Of a DNA stretch of 64,000 nucleotides, positions 1 to 9,423 are shown one piece after another (within the stretch, counting starts at the first letter, position 1; each line of letters begins with the position of its first letter). The stretch is taken from assembly GCA_043823745.1 (NCBI GenBank), contig JBDRAN010000028.1, positions 67,116 to 131,115 on the forward strand, given 5' to 3'. Source of the DNA: Candidatus Omnitrophota bacterium (lineage in GTDB: Bacteria; Omnitrophota; Gorgyraeia; Duberdicusellales; 4484-171). The notes beneath the pieces are model-generated. The model saw only the letters and a list, made by a program, of their open reading frames with translations. It had not been told where the DNA came from and did not search any database. Position numbers and translations under genes: made by a program.

Positions 1-2
1 TC

Positions 3-725
3 TTAAGTGACGTTACCAAGCAGCGTGAACTTGATGAGCTCAAGTCTAAATTCGTGGCCAGCGTTTCTCATGAGTTGCGTACGCCGCTGGTGTCGGTGGA
101 GAAGTCTATCTCGTTGATGCTTGCCGGAAAGGAAGAGGGCGCATCGGAAGCGGAGCGTCAGCTGCTGACGATCGCAGATCGGAATTTAAAACGCCTAAGC
201 CTCCTGGTGAACGATATCCTTGATTTTTCGAAGCTTGAAGCAGGGAGAATGGAAGTTAAAAAAGAAACGCTGCCGATCGAGCGAGTGATTGTTGATATTA
301 CCGAAACGCTTACCGCATGGGCGAATACAAAGACGATTAAGCTTGAAAAAAGTATTGATCCCGGCCTTCCCGAGGTTACGATCGATCCATTGAAGATAGG
401 CCAGGTACTGACTAATCTTATCAGCAATGCGATCAAGTTTACTCCCGCCGGAGGCACGGTCACGACCGAGGCAAAGCGTGACCGCGAAAAGAATAATCTT
501 TTGGTCAGCGTCCGAGACACCGGGATTGGAATTTCGGAGAAGGATCTGCCGAAAGTGTTCGATAAATTTTACCAGACCGGCGAACGAGTTTCTTCGGATA
601 TCGCCGGAACGGGATTAGGCTTATCGATTACAAAAGAAATTGTTGAATTGCACGGCGGGGCCATATGGGTTGAGAGTAAAAAAGATCAGGGAGCAACGTT
701 CACATTTTCAATACCATTAGGATAA
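3..725 (+). CDS. Sensor histidine kinase, C-terminal part (HisKA + HATPase); 5' end lies outside the window
   Basis: The frame is open from position 3. H-box SHELRTPL, N-box QVLTNLISNAIKFT, G1 DTGIGI, G2 GTGLGL. Confidence 0.95.
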   Translation, partial: LSDVTKQRELDELKSKFVASVSHELRTPLVSVEKSISLMLAGKEEGASEAERQLLTIADRNLKRLSLLVNDILDFSKLEAGRMEVKKETLPIERVIVDITETLTAWANTKTIKLEKSIDPGLPEVTIDPLKIGQVLTNLISNAIKFTPAGGTVTTEAKRDREKNNLLVSVRDTGIGISEKDLPKVFDKFYQTGERVSSDIAGTGLGLSITKEIVELHGGAIWVESKKDQGATFTFSIPLG

Positions 726-782
726 GTGTATCATTCACAAGATGTATTTACCCTATAGTGTCTCGTCATACGTGGAATGGTT

Positions 783-982
783 GCCTGCCTGCCGGCGAGG
801 CAGGCGCAGCCCCCTGCGGGACGTGCTGGAGCACAGCCCCCTTTCGGGGACGCTTCGCAGCCCCCTACGGGACGTGCTGGAGCACAGCTCGTTACGTCGT
901 GCGCAATGGAAAGGTTGCGTCAAAAACATCGGGAATAAAGACGATAGACGTTTAATACAACCCCGGTCTGTAGGCAGGCAGG
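783..982. repeat. Intergenic palindromic/REP-like repeat cluster
   Basis: Contains palindrome cctgcctgccggcgaggcagg and three units like gcagccccctNcgggacg, which are the reverse complement of the 27-bp unit at 11.7 kb. The region closes with ggcaggcagg at 973-982. Confidence 0.75.
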
Positions 983-1076
983 GATACGAGCCTCGCAACC
1001 GATAGACGTAGCTCGATAGAATTAATCGCACAAACGGTACATTAGACTTTAAGGCTGTACAAAAAATGGGGGGTAT

Positions 1077-1484
1077 ATGGAAGAGCAAAAAGCGCAGGAA
1101 AACAAAATTCAGGTGTTGGTTGCGGACGATGAGGCCGATTTTCGGCAGCTTATGACATTCTGGCTTGAGTTTAAAGGTTACGCAGTGCTTACGGCTTCAA
1201 ACGGTGAAGAGGCGGCGCAGGTTGTCCGGGACCAAAAGCCCGATATCATATTTATGGATTTACGCATGCCGGTCATGGACGGAGTGGACTCCATCAAAAA
1301 GATTCGAACCTTCAATAAAGATGTCCCGATCATTATTATCAGCGCTTACGTCGATGATCCGAAAGCGAAAAAAGCCATGTCGTACGGTATTTCCGGTGTG
1401 TTTTACAAAGGAGCTGATTTTGCTGAAGGATTATCGCTGCTTGAGTCAGCCTTGCGTACTCATAAGAAATTAAAAAATAAATAA
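1077..1484 (+). CDS. Single-domain response regulator (CheY-like receiver)
   Basis: Motifs VADDE, DIIFMDLRMPVMDG and IIIISA. Confidence 0.93.
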   Translation: MEEQKAQENKIQVLVADDEADFRQLMTFWLEFKGYAVLTASNGEEAAQVVRDQKPDIIFMDLRMPVMDGVDSIKKIRTFNKDVPIIIISAYVDDPKAKKAMSYGISGVFYKGADFAEGLSLLESALRTHKKLKNK

Positions 1485-1512
1485 CTCTTTTTAGTTGCCC
1501 CATTTTGACCCG

Positions 1513-4008
1513 ATGAAAAAATACATATATATTGTTATTCCGTTGCTGCTCGTTTTGGGACTCAACATCTATTTTCGTACCTTCCCGATCGCATTTCCGC
1601 AATTAACTGAGCAGGCGCGCGGAATGGTTAGTGAGCGCATCCGTCAGCAAGCTACTCAGGAAGTTTATGTGAAGTTTCCCCAGTATGACCCGCTCGCCAA
1701 AGAAAAACTCGTTAAGGCTCGGATTGATGAATACCGGGCGCAGGCAAAAGCGCAGATGGAACAGCAGGCGGCCGACATTGCGCGGCAAATGCGGGCTCGC
1801 TACCAGGATGAAAATAACCAGACATATCTGATGGAGCTTGATTGTTGGCATTGGGCACGCTATACGGAAAATGTCGTGTACCAGGGGTATCCGGGCGATG
1901 AGATCCGTGACGGAAAACAATTTGATGTGTTAATGCTTGCTCCCGAGGGGCTTTCGATGCCCTGGGGAAATTTCCTTTTTTATTTATCCGCATTTCTTTA
2001 TAAGGTTTTTTTATTTTTTAAGTTTGTTCCGCTTTTTACCTTTCTCTTTTATCTTCCGATTTTTTTTGCCAGCCTGCTTATTGTTACGCTGTACTTTTTT
2101 TCATTCCGGTTGGGAAAAGCCTTGTGCGCGGTGATAGCGTGTCTTTTTGTGGGCCTGGCTGCTAACTTTATTCCCCGTTCCTGCGCCGGTTGGTTTGACA
2201 AGGATGTTTTGAATCTTCTTTTCCCGCTTCTGATCATATGGCCGTATGCGGTCGCCTATGGCCATGAGACAGTAAAAAAACGAATGCTATGGGTATGCAT
2301 TGCCGGCTTTGCGACCGGTTTATTCGGGTTTACCTGGGAGAACTGGTGGTTTATATTCCTGATCGTTATTATGTATGAGATGCTTTCGATAATTCTTCTG
2401 TCAGTGGTCAAGCGTGACCCGGCCCCGCAGCGAAGCGTGCGCCGTCGTCAGCATTATGTTACCCTTGCCGCATATCTTGGTTTTACGCTTTTATGGCTTT
2501 TGCTCTTTTGCGGCATCGCGCCGCTTCGGTTTATTTACGATCAGGTTCGCGAGGCGATTATTTTAAGTAATCCGATGGCCTCCTCGATGTGGCCCAATGT
2601 TTTTTCTACGGTTGGTGAATTGAAAAAGGCCACCATGCGTGAGGTGGTTGAGTCCGCGGGGGGCCTGGTCATTTTTATTCCCGCCGTGGCCTCGATCATC
2701 GCGATATTTATTCGCGGTTTCTTTTTGCGCTCGTATGATGCGGCGCGCCGATGCGCGGCTATGATTCTGTGTTTGTGGTTCTTGGTAATGTTGTTTGCGT
2801 GTTTCCAGGGTGTACGTTTTGTGGTGTTTTTAGGTGTGCCGGTAGGGATTCTGTTTGGTTGGGGTGTTTCAGAATTCTACGGGTACATTAAAACAAAAAA
2901 CAAAATTATCGCGGGCCTATTCGCGTTTCTTGTTCTGGCGATTGTCGGTGGAATTTTTGTCCCTCGCGCTCAGACTGCCGCGAAGGGAAGTTATCCTCTT
3001 ATGCACGATGGCTGGTATAAGGTGCTGACGATCATACGCGACACCACGCCCCCTGATTCGGTTATTAACTCGTGGTGGGATTTTGGAGATTGGTTTAAGG
3101 TCGTTGGCCAGCGAAAAGTTATTTTTGACGGGCAGAGCCAGAACCGGCCGCAGGCATACTGGATGGCTAAGGCGATTCTTTCAAATAATGAGCAGGAGTC
3201 ATTAGGGATCTTGCGGATGCTGAATAACGGCGCCAACAAAGCGTTTACCGTTATTGACGGGTATTTAAAGGATCCGTTGCGTTCCATTCTTCTTCTTGAG
3301 ACTGCGATTCCGGTTGATCTCCAGCGTGCCCGCCAGATGCTCTCCGATTTCTTGCCGGCACGTGCGGTTGACGAGGTGATCTTGCTTCTGTTTGATAAGC
3401 CGGGCAACGCTTACTTCTTTGTGGATTACTCGATGATCTATAAAATTACCGCTATTTCATATTTGGGAAACTGGAATTTCTCTAAGGTTTATATCGCGCA
3501 GAATATCAATAAAAAAGAAAAAGCGGAGATTATTGATTACCTGGTGAAATTGGGAAAGAATAAGGATGAGATGGAGCGCTTGTATCAGGAAGCGTTTTTG
3601 ATAAGCGGTCGCGATCTTGATAAATGGGTTTCGCGGCCGGTCCAGTTTTATAGCGGAGTCCTGCGCGGCACGCCGCAAGGTAACACAATTTTTTTTAATG
3701 GCGGTATGGTATTTAATACGGAAAATAAGAGTGCGTATACGATTGACGGGAAGATACCACGTAGCGTGTTTTATCAGGATGGCGACATGTTTCGGGAGGT
3801 TGTGTTTCAGAACGCGAATATGGCGGTTTCCTTTTTGGTGTATAAGGCCAACAATGAATACCGGGGTGTTTTACTTGACCGGGAGTTAGCCAACAGCCTC
3901 TTTGTAAAATTGTATTTTTTAAAAGGTAAGGGCCTCGCGCATTTTAAAACCCACATCGATGCCGAGGAAGGGGAAAATTATTTAGGTAGCTTTAAGATTG
4001 AATGGTGA
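1513..4008 (+). CDS. STT3/AglB/PglB-family N-oligosaccharyltransferase
   Basis: Multi-TM N-terminal region. Motifs ELDCWHWARY, GWFDKD, TVGE, WWDFG, DGQSQ and DYSMIYKITAI. Start moved to the ATG at 1513. Confidence 0.9.
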   Translation: MKKYIYIVIPLLLVLGLNIYFRTFPIAFPQLTEQARGMVSERIRQQATQEVYVKFPQYDPLAKEKLVKARIDEYRAQAKAQMEQQAADIARQMRARYQDENNQTYLMELDCWHWARYTENVVYQGYPGDEIRDGKQFDVLMLAPEGLSMPWGNFLFYLSAFLYKVFLFFKFVPLFTFLFYLPIFFASLLIVTLYFFSFRLGKALCAVIACLFVGLAANFIPRSCAGWFDKDVLNLLFPLLIIWPYAVAYGHETVKKRMLWVCIAGFATGLFGFTWENWWFIFLIVIMYEMLSIILLSVVKRDPAPQRSVRRRQHYVTLAAYLGFTLLWLLLFCGIAPLRFIYDQVREAIILSNPMASSMWPNVFSTVGELKKATMREVVESAGGLVIFIPAVASIIAIFIRGFFLRSYDAARRCAAMILCLWFLVMLFACFQGVRFVVFLGVPVGILFGWGVSEFYGYIKTKNKIIAGLFAFLVLAIVGGIFVPRAQTAAKGSYPLMHDGWYKVLTIIRDTTPPDSVINSWWDFGDWFKVVGQRKVIFDGQSQNRPQAYWMAKAILSNNEQESLGILRMLNNGANKAFTVIDGYLKDPLRSILLLETAIPVDLQRARQMLSDFLPARAVDEVILLLFDKPGNAYFFVDYSMIYKITAISYLGNWNFSKVYIAQNINKKEKAEIIDYLVKLGKNKDEMERLYQEAFLISGRDLDKWVSRPVQFYSGVLRGTPQGNTIFFNGGMVFNTENKSAYTIDGKIPRSVFYQDGDMFREVVFQNANMAVSFLVYKANNEYRGVLLDRELANSLFVKLYFLKGKGLAHFKTHIDAEEGENYLGSFKIEW

Positions 4009-4011
4009 ACT

Positions 4012-5154
4012 ATGGATGTTGCGGTTGAAGTTTCGGTAGTGATGCCGTGTTTGAATGAGGGAGCGTCAATTGGCGCCTGCATCGAAAAGATTAAGGACGT
4101 TTTTTCCCGTGAGCATATCAACGGAGAGATAATCGTTTCCGATAATGGCTCAACTGATCGGTCGCGGGAAGTCGCTCACGCCGCCGGTGCGCGCGTGGTG
4201 AGTGAGCCGCGCAAAGGGTACGGCGCTGCCTACCTGCGGGGATTATCCGAGGTGCGGGGCAGCTACGTTGTTATCAGTGACAGTGATAATACGTATGATT
4301 TCAATGATATTCCGAAATTTGTGGCGGCGCTTAAAGGCGGCTATGATTTTGTGATGGGCTCGCGTTTTAAGGGAGCTATTCAGCAAGGCGCGATGAGCTT
4401 CTCACATCGCTATATCGGCAATCCTATTCTTTCGGGGTTGTGCCGGCTTTTTTTTCGCACAACGCTATCCGATATCCATTGCGGTATGCGCGCGTTCACC
4501 TATGGCGCCTATAAGAAAATGGGGCTTATGACACTGGGGATGGAGTTTGCGACCGAAATGGTTGTTTCGGCATTGACGAATAATCTTAAGATTTACGAGA
4601 TCCCGATCAATTATCATCCCCGCACCGGAGAGTCGAAGCTGAGTCCCTTAATTGACGCCTGGCGTCATGTGCGGTTTATGCTCCTGTATTGTCCTTTGTG
4701 GCTTTATTTTGTGCCGGGCATGGTTGGTTTGTGCGTGGGGTTTGTTTTTATGTTTTTCCTGATGCGAGGACCGTTCTTATTTCTAGGCCATCAGTGGGAT
4801 GTCCACATGATGGTATTTGCCAGTATGCTGTGTATCTTTTCGTATCAGATTATTAATCTTGGCGTATACGCGCATACCTACGGTATCCGGCAGGGATTCT
4901 TGAAATATGACCGGCTCACGTTATTCTTCCAGCGCCATTTTAATCTTGAACGGGGGATTATTCTTGGCGGTTTTATCCTGCTGGTCGGCTTTGGTATGAG
5001 TCTTTTTATCGTTATTGAGTGGTTGGCAAAGCATTTCGGAGCGCTTTCGCGCGTGCGCGAGTCTATTGTCGCGATGACATTTCTTATCATTGGCTTACAA
5101 ACAATATTTTCATCATTTTTTGTCAGTTTATTATTTATTGAGCGGAAGCAATAA
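4012..5154 (+). CDS. GT2 glycosyltransferase, polyprenol-phosphate sugar synthase (DPM1-like) with C-terminal TM helices
   Basis: Motifs VVMPCLNE, DNGSTD, DSD, GSRF and DIHCGMR; hydrophobic C-terminus. Confidence 0.88.
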   Translation: MDVAVEVSVVMPCLNEGASIGACIEKIKDVFSREHINGEIIVSDNGSTDRSREVAHAAGARVVSEPRKGYGAAYLRGLSEVRGSYVVISDSDNTYDFNDIPKFVAALKGGYDFVMGSRFKGAIQQGAMSFSHRYIGNPILSGLCRLFFRTTLSDIHCGMRAFTYGAYKKMGLMTLGMEFATEMVVSALTNNLKIYEIPINYHPRTGESKLSPLIDAWRHVRFMLLYCPLWLYFVPGMVGLCVGFVFMFFLMRGPFLFLGHQWDVHMMVFASMLCIFSYQIINLGVYAHTYGIRQGFLKYDRLTLFFQRHFNLERGIILGGFILLVGFGMSLFIVIEWLAKHFGALSRVRESIVAMTFLIIGLQTIFSSFFVSLLFIERKQ

Positions 5155-5202
5155 CAACGTACCCGGTTTCTTCGCGCCCTACGCCGCATAATCGAATTAT
5201 AC

Positions 5203-6846
5203 ATGTCTAACTGGAAACAATTAGTTATTCTGCTTCTTATACTCATTCTGGGGCTTGCCTTGCGTATATATAATCTTGATTTTCCTTCCATCGGGTACCA
5301 TAACATGAAGGAAAACGAATCATTGAGTATTGCCCAGTTGATGCGCGCAAGCGGAGATTACACCAATCAGAAGGTCTATTTTGTCGACGGTCTTTCCGAT
5401 ACGCCGCGATATAATTCGGGAGGGCAATTACCCCTTGTCCCCTATCAGATACTGTTTGCCTGGAATATATGGGGTGAGAATCTTTGGGGACCGCGCCTCG
5501 TGAATGTCATATTCGGGATACTTTCCGTGGTGCTGCTCTGGTGTCTGGGGCGCCTGTTCTATAAAGACGCGTTATGCGCGCTTTCCGCGGCATTGTTGCT
5601 TGCTCTTATGCCGATTGCGGTTTTTTTCTCGCGGAATCTGCAGGCAGAAAGCCCCGCGCTCTTTTTTATGCTTGCCGCAACGCTGCTTGGCGCGCGCTTT
5701 GCCGCGTCCGGTAAGCATTATAATCTTTTTCTGTCCGGCATCTGTATGGTTATAAGCTGGCTTTATAAATTCAATTTTCTTATCGGAGTAGTACCGCTTT
5801 TATTTATGCTCCCGTACCGGCGTCTTTTTACGAGCTGGAAAAAAGGATTGTTGTTCTGCGTGTCGTTTGTGATTCCGTATGCCGGCGCGATTGTGTATGC
5901 GTATGCGCATAACCTTTTCTCCGGCGTGCCGGCACTGGGTGAGAGCATTATTGACGCCTGTATGCTTTCCTATTGGAAGGCCCACGGCGACATGATTCTG
6001 TGGTATGTTAAAGTTGAGAATTTTACGCTTGTGTTTGCCTTTCTTGCCGTTGCCGGTGTATGTCTTGCTTGTTTTAATCGTAGGAGTCTCTTTGATCGCT
6101 ATTGTATCGGATCTTTGGCCGCAGCTATTGTATACACAGGGGTCTATAGCGCCCAGATTTATCAAAATAACTTTTCCCAGATGCCTTTTGTTGTTATGGT
6201 GTGTTGTGCGGCAGTATACGCGGTGCAGTTTGTTGCCGCGGAACTGAAGCGTTTTTTTGGAAAGAATTTATTTATAGTCGTAATGATCGCCGCTATCGGG
6301 ATATCGTCACCGGCAATCTATGGCGCGTTGCAGCGGATGCAGGTAACATTTTTTGCCGGTCTTGATGCCGCGGGCGCGACCCTACAGGAGTTTTCAAAAC
6401 CACAGGAGCGCGTTTTCCTTTTAACCTACGCGCAAGGTAATGCCATTGCCCGTTACGCGCGCCGGTATATGGGTTGGCCGGCAACGCTTGCCGAGATGCA
6501 GGAAAAAGAAAAGCAATACGGAATACGCCTGATGTGTATTTATCCTGCCGATTACTACGGCGTATTGCAGAGGAATAATCCCGATATTGCCGCGTATATT
6601 AAAAATAATTATCGGGTCAAAGAGGCGGGCTTGATTGAGAAGCCCAATAATCTCGTTTATTTTATTCTGGAGAGGGGCGTTGAGGGGAAAACGATTGAAA
6701 ACTATCTTGAATCAGCCAAGATTCAGCTTATTCCGCGCGCGATCTATAAGGTCTGGGGTAATTATTTTTTCTTTTACGCCATACGGCCTGAGAATATTAT
6801 GCCTCAAGATGCTGCTGTCGTAGACGAAACAAAGACTCAAAAATAA
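5203..6846 (+). CDS. GT-C membrane glycosyltransferase (PMT/ArnT-like)
   Basis: LALRIYNL start, acidic loop (KENE), many TM helices, WGPRLVNV, soluble C-terminal domain. Confidence 0.75.
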   Translation: MSNWKQLVILLLILILGLALRIYNLDFPSIGYHNMKENESLSIAQLMRASGDYTNQKVYFVDGLSDTPRYNSGGQLPLVPYQILFAWNIWGENLWGPRLVNVIFGILSVVLLWCLGRLFYKDALCALSAALLLALMPIAVFFSRNLQAESPALFFMLAATLLGARFAASGKHYNLFLSGICMVISWLYKFNFLIGVVPLLFMLPYRRLFTSWKKGLLFCVSFVIPYAGAIVYAYAHNLFSGVPALGESIIDACMLSYWKAHGDMILWYVKVENFTLVFAFLAVAGVCLACFNRRSLFDRYCIGSLAAAIVYTGVYSAQIYQNNFSQMPFVVMVCCAAVYAVQFVAAELKRFFGKNLFIVVMIAAIGISSPAIYGALQRMQVTFFAGLDAAGATLQEFSKPQERVFLLTYAQGNAIARYARRYMGWPATLAEMQEKEKQYGIRLMCIYPADYYGVLQRNNPDIAAYIKNNYRVKEAGLIEKPNNLVYFILERGVEGKTIENYLESAKIQLIPRAIYKVWGNYFFFYAIRPENIMPQDAAVVDETKTQK

Positions 6847-8297
6847 TGAGTACCGAGATTCTGGTCATTAATGAACCGTTTGTGAAGGATTTCTGCCGGA
6901 CACAGCGCTGGGCAGCGCGAACGCGCGGCAGGGTTCTGCGCGCGCCGGATTGGCTTGCCTACGCCACGGCGGTTCTTGAGCGCGCGGGGCATAAGGTTCG
7001 GCTTCTTGATATGGTGGCACGAGGAGAGAGTAAGGAAGATCTGCGCCGCATGGTGACCCAGGAAAAACCGCGCTTTGTCGTTTTGGATTCGACAACGCCT
7101 TCAATACATTCAGATATTGGCTGTGCCGCACTTGTAAAAGAGGCTTCTAATGCCCGCGTCATTATGGTCGGGCCGCATATTTCGGTCCTGCCGATTGAAA
7201 CCCTGCGTGCTGCGCGTGGCGTAGTTGATGTTGCCTGTATTGGCGAGTACGATTGTACGGTACGCGAGGTAATAGAAAATTTTAGTAACCTTGATGTTGT
7301 TCCGGGGATTGCATATTATAAGAACGGAGAAATCAGCACAACTGGAGCACGGCCGTTGCTTGAGGATCTTGATACGCTTCCGTTTCCGGCGTGGGAGCAT
7401 CTTGATTTAATGAAATATTTTGACGGTGGAAAACTGTATCCGTATATTGATATTATTTCAGGCCGCGGATGTCCTAACCAGTGTATTTTTTGTCTGTGGC
7501 CGCAGGTGATGCATGGTACGCGATATCGTTTTCGTAGGGTCACTCGTGTTGTCGATGAGATTGAGCACGATATTAAACTCTGCCCCCAGGTTGTGCGCGG
7601 CGGTGAATTCTTTTTTGAGGACGATACGTTTACCGCTGACCGCGCTCGTGCGATGCTCTTGTGTGAAGAGATTCTGCGGCGTAACCTAAAAATAACATTT
7701 TCGGTCAACGCGCGCGTTGATACCGCCGATAGCAGGATGTTTTCTCTAATGAAACGCGCGGGTTGCCGGGAACTATTGGTAGGTTTTGAATCAGGAGCAC
7801 AAGAGGTTCTTGATACCGCGCATAAAAATATCACGATAGAACAGTCACGTCAATTTATGCGTGAGGCGAAGAAAGCAGGCCTCGAGGTTCACGGTTGCTT
7901 TGTTATTGGCCTTCCCGGTGAAACGCAGGCGAGCGCGCAGAAAACGATAGACTTTGCTTTGTCTCTTGGCTGTGATACAATTCAATTTTCGGGCGCTGTT
8001 CCGTTTCCGGGGACACGCTTTTTTACGATGGCGCAGGAGGAGGGTTGGCTTACGACTACCGAATGGCAGGATTGGCTTGATGGAGGGGAGCAGAAGGGAG
8101 TTATCAGCTACCCGCATTTGTCACAACGTAAAATTGACTCTTTTGTCGATGAGGGTTTGCGGAAGTTTTATTTGAGGCCTTCCTATATTTTGAAGTTTTT
8201 ATTTAAGACAAGGAGCACTGCGGATTTGTATCGCAAATTACGCGGCGCAAAAAATTATCTCGGGTATTTATTTAGTTCTAAACAGAAAAGCGTGTAG
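6846..8297 (+). CDS. B12-binding radical SAM protein (HpnJ-like)
   Basis: N-terminal cobalamin-binding-type domain; RGCPNQCIFC, FEDDTF, GFESG, IGLPGET. Confidence 0.9.
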   Translation: MSTEILVINEPFVKDFCRTQRWAARTRGRVLRAPDWLAYATAVLERAGHKVRLLDMVARGESKEDLRRMVTQEKPRFVVLDSTTPSIHSDIGCAALVKEASNARVIMVGPHISVLPIETLRAARGVVDVACIGEYDCTVREVIENFSNLDVVPGIAYYKNGEISTTGARPLLEDLDTLPFPAWEHLDLMKYFDGGKLYPYIDIISGRGCPNQCIFCLWPQVMHGTRYRFRRVTRVVDEIEHDIKLCPQVVRGGEFFFEDDTFTADRARAMLLCEEILRRNLKITFSVNARVDTADSRMFSLMKRAGCRELLVGFESGAQEVLDTAHKNITIEQSRQFMREAKKAGLEVHGCFVIGLPGETQASAQKTIDFALSLGCDTIQFSGAVPFPGTRFFTMAQEEGWLTTTEWQDWLDGGEQKGVISYPHLSQRKIDSFVDEGLRKFYLRPSYILKFLFKTRSTADLYRKLRGAKNYLGYLFSSKQKSV

Positions 8298-8315
8298 GGA
8301 TGCTGCGCTGTGCGA

Positions 8316-8475
8316 GTGATAAAAGCGATTGTTACCGGAAGGGCTTGTTTGCCCCGTTTCTCCTGTGGGAGATTGAAACAATGAAGGCTTTAGTTACCGG
8401 AGGGGCTGGTTCACCCCGCCCCTCCTATGGGAGATTGGAATGATGAAGGCCTTGGTTACGGGAGGGGCGGGGTTC
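8316..8475 (+). repeat. 62-bp degenerate tandem copies of the next gene's RBS and first ~10 codons
   Basis: IKAIVTGRA at 8319, MKALVTGGAG at 8381 and MKALVTGGAG at 8443, with an exact 62-bp period. Confidence 0.85.
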
Positions 8476-9423
8476 ATCGGTTCTCATCTTGTAGAGCTCT
8501 TGCTCGCGCAAGGTATGCGCGTGTGCGCGATTGATAATTTAGCGACCGGAAGGCTCCATAATCTTAGCCAGGCCAGGCGTAATAAAAAATTTTCTTTTAT
8601 AAAGGTTGATGTTTCAGGTGGACGGAGCATAGGGAAATATTTTCGCGGCGTTGATTTTGTGTTCCATTTGGCGGCACTTGCGGATATTGTGCCCTCGGTA
8701 GTCGATCCGCTTACCTATCACACTGCGAACGTTAACGGAACGATCGCGGTGCTTGAGGCATCCCGGCAGGCGCGTGTTAAGAAATTTCTCTATGCTGCGT
8801 CAAGTTCTTGCTATGGCCTGGCAACCCTGCTTCCAACACCGGAAGACGCTCCCATTGCACCGCAATATCCGTATGCCTTGACGAAATGGTTGGGTGAGGA
8901 ATATGTGCGGCACTGGGCGCATGTGTATAAAATGCCGTTTGTTTCTTTGCGGCTTTTTAACGTATACGGGCCGCGCTCACGCACCAGCGGCGCCTATGGT
9001 GCGGTATTTGGTGTGTTTCTGGCGCAAAAACTGCACGGCAAACCTTTCACGGTTGTCGGTGATGGCACCCAGAAGCGTGATTTTATTTATGTGAGTGATG
9101 TGGCCGGCGCGTTTTATAGTGCCGCGGTCGCCAAAATTACCAATACGATTTTTAATGTTGGTTCAAGTGCCCCCCAGAGCATTAATACCTTGGTGCGATT
9201 GCTCCAGGGTCCTTTTGTGCATATTCCAAAACGGCCGGGTGAACCTGATTGCACCTGGGCTGATACGAGTAGAATTAAAAAAGAGTTAGGCTGGCAAGCG
9301 CAGGTAAGTTTTTCTGAGGGTGTACGCAGGATGCTTGCGCATATTGATTATTGGAAAACAGCTCCCGTTTGGACGCCGCAGCGGATTGCCAGGGCAACCG
9401 GCGATTGGTTTAAATATTTATGA
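8440..9423 (+). CDS. NAD-dependent nucleotide-sugar epimerase/dehydratase (extended SDR)
   Basis: Motifs TGGAGFIG, YALTK and FNVYGP. Confidence 0.92.
   Translation: MMKALVTGGAGFIGSHLVELLLAQGMRVCAIDNLATGRLHNLSQARRNKKFSFIKVDVSGGRSIGKYFRGVDFVFHLAALADIVPSVVDPLTYHTANVNGTIAVLEASRQARVKKFLYAASSSCYGLATLLPTPEDAPIAPQYPYALTKWLGEEYVRHWAHVYKMPFVSLRLFNVYGPRSRTSGAYGAVFGVFLAQKLHGKPFTVVGDGTQKRDFIYVSDVAGAFYSAAVAKITNTIFNVGSSAPQSINTLVRLLQGPFVHIPKRPGEPDCTWADTSRIKKELGWQAQVSFSEGVRRMLAHIDYWKTAPVWTPQRIARATGDWFKYL

Noticed and set aside
742-1088. Short ORFs between the kinase and the receiver gene
   Set aside because: They translate palindromic repeats and have no protein-like features.
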